From a bacterium (GTDB lineage: Bacteria > UBA8248), in assembly GCA_965200245.1 (NCBI GenBank), contig CBDATS010000005.1, positions 224,001-288,000 of the forward strand: a stretch of DNA of 64,000 nucleotides, given 5' to 3'. The notes under the pieces were generated by a model. That model saw nothing but the letters and a program-made list of their open reading frames with translations, was not told the origin of the DNA and did not search any database. Positions 10,369-22,494 of the stretch are shown here, piece after piece. Numbering within the stretch: position 1 is the stretch's first letter; the number at the start of each line of letters is the position of its first letter. The position numbers were made by a program, and so were the translations under genes.

Positions 10369-11229
10369 CTACGAAAGAGGCCCCTCATCGAGGTGGGCCT
10401 TCATACTGCGCAAGACAATGGGGATCAGGCCGGCACGGGGCAGACCCAGTCGCTCGAAAACGAACTCCGCCGCTTCTTCAGGCGATGCTTCGCCGCACTT
10501 TTGTGATGAAACCTCGCGGATCAGCGCGTCGATTTCCTTGAGATACTCCTGCCCGCTGTCGATATGGCGTGAGAACGCCTCACCGCGCGAGACGGCCCGA
10601 CTCATGGCGGAAAGCAGAACATTCGCCCCGTGAAGCGCTTTCAGCCTCTCGAGGCTCGCAATCGTGTCGCCCACGCAGTCATAGATCGGCAGCGTCCCGG
10701 GTTCCGGCAGCACATCCCCGCAGATGAGCGCACCATCTTCAGGGATGAAAAAAGAGAGACTCCCCGCAGAATGGCCCGGCGTGTGCAACACCCGCACGGC
10801 GACGCCGCCTGGCAATATTTCATCGCCCTCAGAGAGAAAACCGGTGAGCCTTATCGGTCCCGACACCGCATCGCGCATCCTTCCCACCGGACGGACACTG
10901 TTCTGATAGTCCAGGTCCTCGATCATCAGCCTTTCCGCCTCGGGACCCAGGAACTCAGGTCCCGCTCGATCGGCAATCAGGCCGTTCCCGCCGATATGAT
11001 CGAAATGAGAGTGCGTGAGCAGAACATGCGCTATCTCTGCAGGATTCCTGCCGATGGATTCGATGTAGGCGAAAATTTCCGGTGCTGTGGATGCGACGCC
11101 CGTATCGACCAAGGTGAGCGTATCGCCCGTGAGAATGTAGGACGTGACGAACCTCGGGATCCGCTCGCCTGCGGGCGTTTTGATCTCGAACTCCAGCCAG
11201 AGGCAATGCACGTGCGGCGTGATCTGCAT
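10369..11229 (-). CDS. MBL-fold metallo-hydrolase
   Basis: LVDTG, THSHFDHIGG, HTPGHSAGS, GD. Start placed at MQITPH. Confidence 0.85.
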   Translation of the reverse strand: MQITPHVHCLWLEFEIKTPAGERIPRFVTSYILTGDTLTLVDTGVASTAPEIFAYIESIGRNPAEIAHVLLTHSHFDHIGGNGLIADRAGPEFLGPEAERLMIEDLDYQNSVRPVGRMRDAVSGPIRLTGFLSEGDEILPGGVAVRVLHTPGHSAGSLSFFIPEDGALICGDVLPEPGTLPIYDCVGDTIASLERLKALHGANVLLSAMSRAVSRGEAFSRHIDSGQEYLKEIDALIREVSSQKCGEASPEEAAEFVFERLGLPRAGLIPIVLRSMKAHLDEGPLS

Positions 11230-11516
11230 GGGATCATCCTTGACGATGGAGGAAAGGTGAATCGGTTCACCCGACACCGGAAATCTACCAAAACCGCAGG
11301 CTGCATGAAACGCCCTGCCCTGTCTCGCGAATCCCGGACCCGTTCGAACGGCGGGTGCTTGTTTCCTTTATTTTTCTCAAAATCCATAAAGTCTCATCTT
11401 TTCCTCGCCCCTATCTTGCTGTATAAAGCCGCTTTGCGGCGCGTCAGCCGGAAACCCACCTTGTTGGGCTGATACGGTCCGCAGCACCCGGAAAACACTC
11501 GTCTTGGGAGACGACG

Positions 11517-11939
11517 ATGAATACGACTGCCTTGAGCCTCACCATTCTCTCCATCCTGTGCTTCGGCGTCTGGGGATTCTTCATGAAGCTGGGCCAGGAA
11601 CGCCTGGGCGCCATGCCGCATCTCATGGGAATGGGTGTCACCACCGCCGTCGTAGTCGGACTCGCCATGGTGAGCAGGCAATTCCCGCTCCCGCCGATGC
11701 GCGCGGACGTCATGTGGCTGCCCGTGGTCGCCACACTGGCCACCTTGTTGGCGATGCTCTTTCTGGTGCTGGCCCTTGCGAAGGCAGAAGGCCAGACTGC
11801 GGGCGTGGTAGCGCTCTCGGCGCTCTATCCAGGTGTCACGGCGGTGCTGGCGGCGCTGTTCCTTGGTGAGGGTTTCACGCCCGCCAAAGTGGGCGGGCTC
11901 GTCTGCGCCGCTCTGGCCGCATACCTGTTCACCCGCTAG
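11517..11939 (+). CDS. EamA/DMT family transporter (single repeat)
   Basis: About five hydrophobic helices; LYPGVTAVLAALFLGE. Confidence 0.8.
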   Translation: MNTTALSLTILSILCFGVWGFFMKLGQERLGAMPHLMGMGVTTAVVVGLAMVSRQFPLPPMRADVMWLPVVATLATLLAMLFLVLALAKAEGQTAGVVALSALYPGVTAVLAALFLGEGFTPAKVGGLVCAALAAYLFTR

Positions 11940-11956
11940 GCGGGGGCTTTTGAGCC

Positions 11957-14104
11957 ATGACCACGAAACGCGGACTTCGCATCGGCATCGACACGGGCGG
12001 CACTTTCACCGATGTGGTCGGTGTACGCTCGGACACCGGCGAGGTCTTCACCACCAAGACGCCGACGACACCCACCGACTTCAGCGAGGGACTGATTCAG
12101 GGCATCAGGAAAATCCTCTCCGAAACCAAGATTCGCCCTGCCATGGTGAACGGCGTGTTTCACGGGACGACGGTGGCGACGAACGCCATCCTGGAGCGCC
12201 GTTTCGAGGATCTGGGGTTCATCGTCACGGGCGGGTTCCGGCATCTTCTCGAGATCGGAGGTTCGAATGGCGCGGCGAAGGCCAATTATGCCGCCCCGCT
12301 GCTCCAGAAACCTGGAGACGCGCTGGTTTTCCCGGAACGTATCCGCGAGGCGAGAGAAAGAATCTCCGCATCGGGCGAGGTTCTCGAATCATTGAATGAG
12401 CAGGACGCGCTCAGGCTCGCCAAATGGTTCAAGGCGCAGGGAATCGGATCCGTGGGAGTGTGTCTCCTCCATGCCTACGCCAACCCGGTACACGAAGAAC
12501 TCATTCTCGAAGCATTCGAGCGCGAATACCCCGAATGTTTCGTGAGCATATCGAGCGAGGTCATCCCCGAGCCCGGCGAATACGAACGCGCCATCACCAC
12601 CCTGCTCGATGCGTGTATCAAACCGCGCATCAAGGCCTATATCGAGAGTGCCTCGAAAAAAATCGAGGACACGCTTGGCGGTACACCATTCATGATCATG
12701 AAGAGCAACGGAGGCGTCTCCACAGCGCGCGAGATCGCGAAACGGCCTATAGGCACCGTGCTCTCAGGACCTGCCGCGGGCGCGCTCTCCGCCGCCTTTC
12801 TGGGCAAACTCTCAGGCCATGAGCAGCTCATCACCCTGGACGGTGGCGGCACATCGACCGACATCGCCGTCATCGAGGGCGGGGAAGCGAAGCGCGCCAC
12901 CCGGCACCGGTTGGATGAATTTTATTTGAGAATACCGATAATCGATGTCGTCACCATAGGCACCGGAGGCGGATCCATCGCCTGGCGAAGCCCGGAGGGA
13001 AGGCTTCGCGTGGGTCCCCGCAGCGCGGGTGCGGACCCGGGTCCAATCTGTTACGGCAAAGGAGGTCAGGAACCCACCCTCACTGACGCGAACCTGCTCC
13101 TAGCACGAAGTCCGCTCCACCTGGCGGGTGGCGAGGTGAAGCTCAACAAGGCACTCGCCATGAAGGCCATGCGCGATCTGGCGCGCAGGTTCGACATGAA
13201 CCCTCACGAAATGGCCTCGGGCGTAGTCGAAATCGCTGCATGGAACCAGACCCACGCCGTGCGCCGTGCGACGGTGCAGCGGGGCATTTCTCCCAAAAAT
13301 TTCGCCTTGATGGCATTCGGCGGTTCAGGACCCTTGACTGCAGGTCTCGTGGCGGAACTCCTCGAAATCGACACCGTCATCGTTCCGCCTTTCGCGGGTA
13401 TGACGAGCGCCTTCGGTTTGGAAGTGGTCGATTTGGTGAACGACTACGCGGCGGCGCATTACCAATCCGAGGAAAGCCTTCAGCCCGAAGCCCTGGGCGA
13501 CGCCTATGAGAGGCTCGAAGCCCAGGCGTCGGCTGGACTCGAAAACGAGGGCATCCCCGTCCACAGGCGGATGATGCGGCGTACTGCAGAACTGCGCTAC
13601 CAGGGAGAGGCCACCGAAATCGAAGTCGACGTACCCGGCGGCTACCTCACCCCGCCTGTGCTGACAGAGATTTTCGAGCGCTTCCACACGCTCTACCAGC
13701 GCCGCTACACCTACAACCACAAGGGAAACCGCCCCGTGGAAATCGTGCACTTGCGCGTCACGGGAATCGGCCTGACGGAACCGCCCAACCTGCCACTCAT
13801 CCCCGCAGGCGACGACAGCCCGGAGGAAGCCTACAAGGGTGCGCGCCTAGTCTGGTTCAAGGAACTCGGCGGGTTTCACGATACGCCGGTCTACTACCGC
13901 GAGCGGTTGCTCGAGGGCAACTACATCCCCGGGCCCGCCATCGTCGAGAGCTTCGGCAGTACGACGACCATCTTCCCGAAGCAGGAAGCGCGGATGGACA
14001 GGTACGGGAACCTGGTGATTCGCTTTCGATCCGAAATCCTGGAACGCGACAGGCGCGCTGGAAGGCCGACGGGCGATCACGGGGTGGGAGCAGCCTGGAA
14101 ATGA
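11957..14104 (+). CDS. Hydantoinase/oxoprolinase subunit A
   Basis: GIDTGGTFTD, HGTTVATNA, SGPAAG, DGGGTSTD, GPRSAGADPGP. Confidence 0.92.
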   Translation: MTTKRGLRIGIDTGGTFTDVVGVRSDTGEVFTTKTPTTPTDFSEGLIQGIRKILSETKIRPAMVNGVFHGTTVATNAILERRFEDLGFIVTGGFRHLLEIGGSNGAAKANYAAPLLQKPGDALVFPERIREARERISASGEVLESLNEQDALRLAKWFKAQGIGSVGVCLLHAYANPVHEELILEAFEREYPECFVSISSEVIPEPGEYERAITTLLDACIKPRIKAYIESASKKIEDTLGGTPFMIMKSNGGVSTAREIAKRPIGTVLSGPAAGALSAAFLGKLSGHEQLITLDGGGTSTDIAVIEGGEAKRATRHRLDEFYLRIPIIDVVTIGTGGGSIAWRSPEGRLRVGPRSAGADPGPICYGKGGQEPTLTDANLLLARSPLHLAGGEVKLNKALAMKAMRDLARRFDMNPHEMASGVVEIAAWNQTHAVRRATVQRGISPKNFALMAFGGSGPLTAGLVAELLEIDTVIVPPFAGMTSAFGLEVVDLVNDYAAAHYQSEESLQPEALGDAYERLEAQASAGLENEGIPVHRRMMRRTAELRYQGEATEIEVDVPGGYLTPPVLTEIFERFHTLYQRRYTYNHKGNRPVEIVHLRVTGIGLTEPPNLPLIPAGDDSPEEAYKGARLVWFKELGGFHDTPVYYRERLLEGNYIPGPAIVESFGSTTTIFPKQEARMDRYGNLVIRFRSEILERDRRAGRPTGDHGVGAAWK

Positions 14105-15813
14105 ATGCAAACCCCATCGTGAGCGAAATCCTGGCGGGCTCGCTGCGCGCCATTGAGGAGGAAGTCGAAGACCTCCTTGCGCGCATCTGGCGAAGTCCGT
14201 CCCTGCGCGACGCGGGCGACTTCTCTGTCTGCCTGTTTGACCGCTTCGGACGCGCGCTCACCGGACGGGTGCTCGCCACAGGTCCCGCACCCGTCATCCG
14301 ATCGCATCCCGAGATGATTGAGGGCGACGTTTTTCTTCACAACGACCCCTATATGCCCCCGGCAGGACTGGGCGAAACCGCAGAACTCTGCCTCACACGT
14401 CCGCTGTTCGCAGATGACACGCTCATCGCTTTCCTGCAGATCAGGGGCCGCCACGACGACCTTGGCGGCACACTTCCCGGCGGGGCGAGCGTCGGGTCGC
14501 GCGAAAGCTACCACGAGGGTGTCCTCATCCCGCCTGTGCGCATATCGCGCGGCGATGAGACAATTGCGGACATCAAGACCCTGCTTTTGCGGAACAGTCG
14601 CCAGGCCCATCATTTAGGCGATGACATCGACGCGCAACTCGGTGCGCTGCGCGTCGGTGCGACACGCCTGAAAGAACTGACGAGGCGCTACGGGGCGGAA
14701 AATCTGACAGCCTGTTTCGCCGATTTGCTGAGAGAGTGCGAACTCGCGTTTCGCAGCCAACTCATCCCGCAGATTCCCGAAAAAAGCTGGACGGCCCAAA
14801 CCGCCGTCGAAACGGACGGCTTGAACGGGCCCCATGAACTCACCCTGAAACTCACACGGCGAAAAGATGTCCTGCACATCGAATTGGACGCAGCCCCTCA
14901 GGCACAAGGTCCCATCAACTGCCCGCTTGAAGGAGAAGGTACGCAATTCCTGACCCGCCTCCTCGCCCCCATGTTGCTGCACCTTCAAGGCGAGGGGAGC
15001 GAGACGCCCCTGAACGACGGCGCCTTGCGGGCATTCAGGATCCAGTTGCCCAGCACCGCTACCATACTCACCCCCCGCTTCCCCGCACCGACGGGCTTGA
15101 GATCGCTCACGCTTGGCAAGCTGCTCTCGGCGTTCGGCGAGGCGCTCTTCGAAGCCTCAGGCGGCCGGACGCCCACCGGTTTCGACAACCTGAGGACGCT
15201 CAGTTTCTGGGGACAGGATGAACAAGGCGACTTCCACCTGCTGAGGGAAGCTCTTGGCGCAGGCGCGGGTGCGCGCATGGAGGGGGACGGGGCATCCGCC
15301 GTTTCCCCGCTCGGCGCGACTGGCGGCATGCCCATCGAGGTGATGGAGGCACGCTACCCTGTGCGGGTCGAGTCGATGGGACTCACGCAGGATTCCGGAG
15401 GCGCGGGCTTGCGGCGTGGCGGTCTGGGCGTTTTTCGGGAATACCGGATGCTTTTCGACGGCGTATCGGCGAGCGCGGCAGGAAACGCCGAGGCGGGTCC
15501 CGCAGGCGCCGCCGGCGCATCCGCCGGAAAGCAATATGAAATACGCCGTCACTCCGGCAAAAAAAGCGCGCAAGCCCCTGCCGTCGGCGCCTCCACGACG
15601 TTTGCAAACGGCGATTTGATACGCGTCTCCACCCCCGGCGGCGGGGGATGGGGCGACCCCGAAAAGCGCGAACCCGAAGATGTGCGGGCCGACGTTCTGC
15701 GAGATTTCGTCTCGATCAGGGCAGCCGAGACTCTCTACGGCGTGGTTCTGGGCAAGGCGCCGGACTTCAGAATCGACGAGGACGCAACCCGAACACGCAG
15801 GCAAGGGAAATAA
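14101..15813 (+). CDS. Hydantoinase B/oxoprolinase family protein (degenerate motifs)
   Basis: NDPY, HDDLGG, EG, DSGGAGLRRGGLG, TPGGGGWGDP. ATGA overlap with subunit A. Confidence 0.85.
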   Translation: MNANPIVSEILAGSLRAIEEEVEDLLARIWRSPSLRDAGDFSVCLFDRFGRALTGRVLATGPAPVIRSHPEMIEGDVFLHNDPYMPPAGLGETAELCLTRPLFADDTLIAFLQIRGRHDDLGGTLPGGASVGSRESYHEGVLIPPVRISRGDETIADIKTLLLRNSRQAHHLGDDIDAQLGALRVGATRLKELTRRYGAENLTACFADLLRECELAFRSQLIPQIPEKSWTAQTAVETDGLNGPHELTLKLTRRKDVLHIELDAAPQAQGPINCPLEGEGTQFLTRLLAPMLLHLQGEGSETPLNDGALRAFRIQLPSTATILTPRFPAPTGLRSLTLGKLLSAFGEALFEASGGRTPTGFDNLRTLSFWGQDEQGDFHLLREALGAGAGARMEGDGASAVSPLGATGGMPIEVMEARYPVRVESMGLTQDSGGAGLRRGGLGVFREYRMLFDGVSASAAGNAEAGPAGAAGASAGKQYEIRRHSGKKSAQAPAVGASTTFANGDLIRVSTPGGGGWGDPEKREPEDVRADVLRDFVSIRAAETLYGVVLGKAPDFRIDEDATRTRRQGK

Positions 15814-15858
15814 TTTCGTGCTTTCGTCCTCAAAGCATTGGATTCAAGATGCAGATGA

Positions 15859-16998
<1,140 letters not shown>

Positions 16999-17012
16999 GG
17001 GGCACACAAACA

Positions 17013-18236
17013 ATGGCGACGATCACGAGCACCATTGAAAACGGCGAGCCGAAACTCGGCGTCGAGGACATTGACGTCTCGGGCAAGCGTGTTTTCCTGC
17101 GCGTCGATTTCAACGTGCCACTCGACGATCAGGGACACATTACCGACGACGCCCGCATCCGCGCGGCCCTGCCCACTATCAATTATCTGCTGGACGAGGG
17201 CGCGCGGGTCGTCATCGGCTCCCACATCGGTCAGCCCAGGGGGAAGGTCGACCCGCGAAACTCCCTGGCCCCCGTCGCCAAGCGGCTTGCCCGGCTTCTG
17301 GAGAAGGAATGTCCCTTGGCACCTGCCTGCACGGGACCGGATACCCGGAGTATGGCCGAGGAGATGAAGCCCGGCCAGGTGCTCGTGCTGGAGAACCTTC
17401 GGTTTCATCCGGGCGAGGAGAAAAACGACGAGAAATTCGCCCGCGAACTCGCATCGCTGGCCGATATCTACATCGGCGACGCTTTCGGGAACGCCCACAG
17501 AAATCACGCCTCTATGTCGGCGATCACGAAATTCCTGAACCCCTCCGTCGCCGGTTTTTTGATGATCAAGGAGGTGAGCTACCTGAGCGGGGCGGTGAAC
17601 AACCCGATGCGCCCCGTTGTGGCGATTCTGGGTGGCGCGAAGGCGAGTGCGAAGATCGGCATCGTCGAGCGCATCCTGCCCAAGATGGACAAGATCATCA
17701 TCGGGGGCGGCATGGCGGGCACTTTCCACCGCGCACTGGGCTATGAGATGGGAAACAGCCTGGTCGAGGAACATATGGTGGACACGGCGATTTCAATCAT
17801 GAACAAGGCGCAGGAGTTGGAAGTGAAGTTCTACCTCCCCAGCGACTATGTGATAGCAGACAAGTTCGAGGCTTCGGCCGAGACCAAGGTGGTGCCCGCA
17901 CAAGAAGTACCCGACGAGTGGTACGCACTTGACATCGGACCTGCCAGCACGACTCTTTTCGGCGAGGTGCTCCAGGACGCGAAGACCATCATCTGGAACG
18001 GGCCGATGGGCGTGTTCGAGGTGGACGCCTTCTCGCGCGGCACCTACGCGATGGTGAACCATGTCGCGAACTCCTACGCCCTGACGATAGTGGGCGGCGG
18101 CGATACGGATGTGGCCGTTCACGCGGCAGGCGAATCGCGCCGCATCTCCTACATCAGCACGGGCGGCGGCGCCTTCCTGGAACTGCTCGAGGGAAAAGAA
18201 CTTCCCGGCCTGGCCTGTCTCACGGATAAACACTGA
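17013..18236 (+). CDS. pgk: Phosphoglycerate kinase
   Basis: RVDFNVP, LENLRF, WNGPMG, STGGGA. Confidence 0.97.
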   Translation: MATITSTIENGEPKLGVEDIDVSGKRVFLRVDFNVPLDDQGHITDDARIRAALPTINYLLDEGARVVIGSHIGQPRGKVDPRNSLAPVAKRLARLLEKECPLAPACTGPDTRSMAEEMKPGQVLVLENLRFHPGEEKNDEKFARELASLADIYIGDAFGNAHRNHASMSAITKFLNPSVAGFLMIKEVSYLSGAVNNPMRPVVAILGGAKASAKIGIVERILPKMDKIIIGGGMAGTFHRALGYEMGNSLVEEHMVDTAISIMNKAQELEVKFYLPSDYVIADKFEASAETKVVPAQEVPDEWYALDIGPASTTLFGEVLQDAKTIIWNGPMGVFEVDAFSRGTYAMVNHVANSYALTIVGGGDTDVAVHAAGESRRISYISTGGGAFLELLEGKELPGLACLTDKH

Positions 18237-18266
18237 ATCAACCCGAAACGAGAAAAGGAATGCACG

Positions 18267-19043
18267 ATGCGGCGCGCTCTCGTGGCCGGCAACTGGAAGA
18301 TGAACAAGACGATTGCGGAGGCGCGTGCACTTGCGCACGAGGTGGCCCGGAGCGTCACCGAAGAAGACCTCACAGGCATAGATGTCGTTCTGGGACCGCC
18401 CTATCTTGCTCTTCCCGCGGTGGCAGACACACTGGAAGGCAGCACCATCGGCGTCGCCGGGCAGGATTGTTGCCATCATTCCGACGGTGCATACACCGGC
18501 GAAGTGAGCGTCTCAATGCTCAGGTACGCAGGCGCGACCCACGTCATCCTCGGGCACAGTGAACGGCGAGAGATGGGAGAAGACGATGTCCTCATCGCCC
18601 GGAAGGCGGCGGCGAGTGTGGATGGTTTGATTCCGATAATCTGCCTCGGGGAGTCGCTCTCCACGAGAGAGGCCGGGGAGACGCTCACGCACATCGCCTA
18701 TCAGGTGGAGCATTCGATACAGGGCGCGTTTGACTCCCCTCCTGTGGGGGGCTTTGTCATCGCGTATGAACCCATCTGGGCCATAGGCACCGGCCTCACG
18801 GCCACGCCCGATCAGGCCCAGCAGGCGCACGCCTTCATCCGCGAGCAGCTCGAAAATATTTTTGGCTTGGAATGCGCGCAAGAAACGCGTATTTTATACG
18901 GTGGCAGCGTAAAACCGGACAACGCCTCGGATCTGTTTGCACAGCCTGACATTGACGGTGGCCTGATCGGCGGAGCGAGCCTCAAGAGCGAAGATTTTCT
19001 GGAAATCATCCGTGCCGCGCGGATATATTCCGAATCAACATGA
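18267..19043 (+). CDS. tpiA: Triosephosphate isomerase
   Basis: AGNWKMN, GHSERR, AYEPIWAIGTG, YGGSV. Confidence 0.97.
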   Translation: MRRALVAGNWKMNKTIAEARALAHEVARSVTEEDLTGIDVVLGPPYLALPAVADTLEGSTIGVAGQDCCHHSDGAYTGEVSVSMLRYAGATHVILGHSERREMGEDDVLIARKAAASVDGLIPIICLGESLSTREAGETLTHIAYQVEHSIQGAFDSPPVGGFVIAYEPIWAIGTGLTATPDQAQQAHAFIREQLENIFGLECAQETRILYGGSVKPDNASDLFAQPDIDGGLIGGASLKSEDFLEIIRAARIYSEST

Positions 19044-19056
19044 AAAGAGCGAGAAA

Positions 19057-19386
19057 ATGACAATCGTTTTGACAGTCCTGCACGTAGCCGTGGCTATTTG
19101 CCTGATTCTTTCGGTACTTCTCCAGGCCGGGAAAGCCGGCGGCATGGGTGCCGCCTTCGGCGGATCGAGCGATACGATGTTTGGCGCGCGGGGTCCCGTG
19201 AACTTTCTGAGCAAGGTCACGACCGGAGCCGCCGTACTCTTCATGGTGACCTCGCTTCTGCTCACCTATATCGGCTCGCATAACGCCAACCAGGGCGGTT
19301 CGATCGTGCCCGCAGCACCCATACAAAACACGCCTGCGCAGAATGCAACACAGACCCCGAAACCCGCCGCCCCCGAGAAGAAATAA
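19057..19386 (+). CDS. secG: Preprotein translocase subunit SecG
   Basis: VLLQAGKAGGMGAAFGG, two TM helices, follows tpiA. Confidence 0.93.
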   Translation: MTIVLTVLHVAVAICLILSVLLQAGKAGGMGAAFGGSSDTMFGARGPVNFLSKVTTGAAVLFMVTSLLLTYIGSHNANQGGSIVPAAPIQNTPAQNATQTPKPAAPEKK

Positions 19387-19430
19387 GGCGCGCAACTTTT
19401 TCCATCATTCACGCGCGCTGAGGATCCACG

Positions 19431-21497
19431 ATGCTGATCAGGCGCATTCTTCTTCTGCTCCCCCTCCTCATCGCGGCAGCGTTGTTGCAGTCCTATTTCT
19501 GGGTACCGACTTTTTCCGACCAGACCAAGGGCGGCAACGATGCGCGCCTTCGCCAGTTCATTACAGGCTCCATCGGCGACGCCCAGATACTGAACCCCAT
19601 TCTCCATTCCGACACGGCGAGCGGGGCAATCGTCGATCAGGTTTTCGAGGGTCTCATCGACAGGGACCGCGACCTCTCCTACCGGGGCCGTCTGGCCTCC
19701 TCTTGGAAAATTTACGAGGAAGCGTTTTTCGTTCCCCATCCCGAGGGGCCGGGAGCGAAGGTCCTGGCGGATCGCATCGAGCGTGCGCGCGACAAAGGCG
19801 GAGCGGAATGGCTGGATAACATTGAAAAAATCGAGACACTCGCTCCCTCAGAAGAGAAAACCACCATCCGCACCCCACCGCCAAAGCGCGGGAAACAGGA
19901 GGTCGTCATTGCCTATCCCGAACGGGTAAAGGTGACGCTCAAGAGCGTGGATCAGGACCTTTTCAAGCATCTGGAGAAGTTGCTGGGAGAGAAATGGGTC
20001 GCCAAAGACCCCGTTCTCCTTATAAAAACCAGGCTGCGCAAATCATTGGTTCCCTCCGCCGCGAGGCGTGTCAAGCTCACCGAGCACAACCCGATCATCA
20101 TCTTCAAACTCAGACGGGGAGTTCGCTTCCATGACGGCCACGAGTTCGACTCGGGCGACGTGCGCTTCACCTACGAAGCCATCATGAATCCCAGGAACCT
20201 CTCCCCGAGGGTACCGGACTACGAACCCGTCAAGCGCATGGAGACGCCTGACAAGTTCACCGTCAGGATCACCTACAAACGTCTCTATTCGCCTGCTTTC
20301 GGATCCTGGGGCATGGGGATGTTGCCAGAGCATCTGCTGAACGGGGAAAAGCTGGCCGAAGAAGCGAAGCGCCAGAATAAGGACCCAAAGGCGTTCAGCC
20401 TGCGCCAGAGCGGTTTCAACCGGAAACCTGTAGGCACGGGGCCTTTCATATTCAAGGAATGGCGCTCTGACGAACTCATCCGCCTCGCACGGAACGAAGA
20501 CTATTGGGAAGGACCGCCCGAATATCACGAATATGTCTACAGGATACTGCCCGATCCCCTTACGCAGGAAATCACTTTCTATGCGGGTACGGTGGACCGC
20601 TACGGAGCGGGCACGCACCAAGTGGAACGACTCCGGAAAGACCCGAGGTTCCAGGTATTCTCGGGTCTCGGCTTCGGATACGCCTATATCGGCTATAACC
20701 ACAGGCGCTGGCCGTTTCAGGATGTGCGGGTGCGTCGGGCGCTGGGCATGGCAGTGAATACCAGGCAGATTCACCGCTATGTGATGAACGGCCAGGCGGA
20801 GGACATCACGGGCCCCTTTGTGAAGCAAAGCCCGCATTACAACCGCAGCATAAAGCCTTTGCCCTACGATCCCGGGGGAGCGGAGCGGCTGCTGCACGAG
20901 GCGGGGTTCAGAAAAAAAGACGGGTTATTGATGAAAGACGGCAAGCCCCTGGCCTTCAGCCTGATGACGAACCACGGCAATGAGATCAGGCGCGCCGTGG
21001 GGACGGTCGTGCAGGACGCCTGGAAAAAGATCGGCGTCAAGATCAGTTTCTCGCAAGTCGAGTGGGCCGTGTTCATCCGAAAACACATCAACCAACTCGA
21101 TTTCGACGCGATCATCCTGGGATGGAGCATGGGCCTCGACCCGGACCTTTACCAGATATGGCATTCGAGCCAGACGAAAAAGGGCCAACTCAATTTCGTG
21201 GGCTACAAGAACCCCAAAGCGGACGACCTCATCATCAAGATACGTCAGGAATACGACCCCGCAAAACAGGTCCGCTACGCGCACGCGCTGCACCGCATCA
21301 TCGCAGCGGAGCAGCCCTACACGTTCCTGTACGTCAGCAAATGGACGGCGCTGCTCGACAGGAAAATCGCCATCGCCAGACACCTCAAAAACGGCAAGAT
21401 AAAACCCGAACAAATCCGCCCCACAATAACGGGCAACTATTCGTTCGATTTCAACGAGTGGCTCAAGTTCCCCACCACCCCCCGTTTCGAGAACTGA
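19431..21497 (+). CDS. Peptide/nickel ABC transporter substrate-binding protein (family 5)
   Basis: LNPILHSD, FHDGHEF, PVGTGPF, DVRVRRA. Confidence 0.9.
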   Translation: MLIRRILLLLPLLIAAALLQSYFWVPTFSDQTKGGNDARLRQFITGSIGDAQILNPILHSDTASGAIVDQVFEGLIDRDRDLSYRGRLASSWKIYEEAFFVPHPEGPGAKVLADRIERARDKGGAEWLDNIEKIETLAPSEEKTTIRTPPPKRGKQEVVIAYPERVKVTLKSVDQDLFKHLEKLLGEKWVAKDPVLLIKTRLRKSLVPSAARRVKLTEHNPIIIFKLRRGVRFHDGHEFDSGDVRFTYEAIMNPRNLSPRVPDYEPVKRMETPDKFTVRITYKRLYSPAFGSWGMGMLPEHLLNGEKLAEEAKRQNKDPKAFSLRQSGFNRKPVGTGPFIFKEWRSDELIRLARNEDYWEGPPEYHEYVYRILPDPLTQEITFYAGTVDRYGAGTHQVERLRKDPRFQVFSGLGFGYAYIGYNHRRWPFQDVRVRRALGMAVNTRQIHRYVMNGQAEDITGPFVKQSPHYNRSIKPLPYDPGGAERLLHEAGFRKKDGLLMKDGKPLAFSLMTNHGNEIRRAVGTVVQDAWKKIGVKISFSQVEWAVFIRKHINQLDFDAIILGWSMGLDPDLYQIWHSSQTKKGQLNFVGYKNPKADDLIIKIRQEYDPAKQVRYAHALHRIIAAEQPYTFLYVSKWTALLDRKIAIARHLKNGKIKPEQIRPTITGNYSFDFNEWLKFPTTPRFEN

Positions 21498-21498
21498 C

Positions 21499-22494
21499 TT
21501 GGCCGCCTATATCATCCGCACAAGTCTTTTCAAGCTGGTGACGCTGTTCATCATCTCGATCGTGAGTTTCCTGATCATCCACCTTGCCCCCGGGGAACCG
21601 AGCCAGATCGATCCTCTGAATCCGCGCTTCACCAAGGAAGACCTCGCACGCTACCGGGCCGCCTTCGACCTGGACAAACCGCTTCCGGTGCAATACTGGC
21701 TCTTCTACAAGAAATTCTTCACCAACGAACTCACGAGTCTCAAGGACAACCAGCCCGTTTTCGGAAAGATATGGCGACGCTTCCTCATCAGCCTGCCCCT
21801 GTTCATCGTGGGCACCATCATCACCTGGTGCCTGTCATTTCCGCTGGGAATTGCGGGCGCGCTGCGCCGCTACAGCGTATTCGACCGTTCCACCACGTTC
21901 TTGAGTTACCTCATGATCTCGATGCCGAGCTTCTTCCTGGCCTACATCCTCATAATTGCCGTCGTTCAGGGAGTCACTCTGCCCTTCATCGACTACCGTG
22001 TGCCGGGACTCGAGGTCTCCGTCCTAGGAATCGAGACCTTCGGTCGAGGCGATGTCTCTCCCTTGTTCCGCATCAATGACCGCATCTGGCATCTAGTGTT
22101 GCCGAGTCTCGTGGGAGCAATAGGCGGCATCGCCGTTCTCTCGCGCTACGTGCGTGGTCAGATGATCGAGGTAGTGGATTCGGACTTCATTCGCACGGCA
22201 CACTCGAAGGGTCTGGACGAGAGCACCGTGAACTACGTCCATGCCCTGAGAAACGCAGGTCTGCCCTTCGTCACCATGTTCGGCCTTATCCTGCCGGGGC
22301 TGATCGGCGGCTCGGTAATCATCGAGAACATCTTCGCCTGGCCCGGTATGGGACGTTTGGGCTTCGAGGCTGTACTGGCACGGGACTACCCCGTCATCTT
22401 GAGCCTGAACTTCATCTCCGCCATTCTGGTCGTCATCGGCACATTCATCTCCGACATTTTGCTGGTCATCGTCGACCCTAGGATCCGCCTATGA
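21499..22494 (+). CDS. Peptide ABC transporter permease (DppB/OppB-like)
   Basis: LDKPLPVQY, HLVLP, FIRTAHSKGL, HALRNA, WPGMG, RDYP, DPRIR. Confidence 0.92.
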   Translation: MAAYIIRTSLFKLVTLFIISIVSFLIIHLAPGEPSQIDPLNPRFTKEDLARYRAAFDLDKPLPVQYWLFYKKFFTNELTSLKDNQPVFGKIWRRFLISLPLFIVGTIITWCLSFPLGIAGALRRYSVFDRSTTFLSYLMISMPSFFLAYILIIAVVQGVTLPFIDYRVPGLEVSVLGIETFGRGDVSPLFRINDRIWHLVLPSLVGAIGGIAVLSRYVRGQMIEVVDSDFIRTAHSKGLDESTVNYVHALRNAGLPFVTMFGLILPGLIGGSVIIENIFAWPGMGRLGFEAVLARDYPVILSLNFISAILVVIGTFISDILLVIVDPRIRL

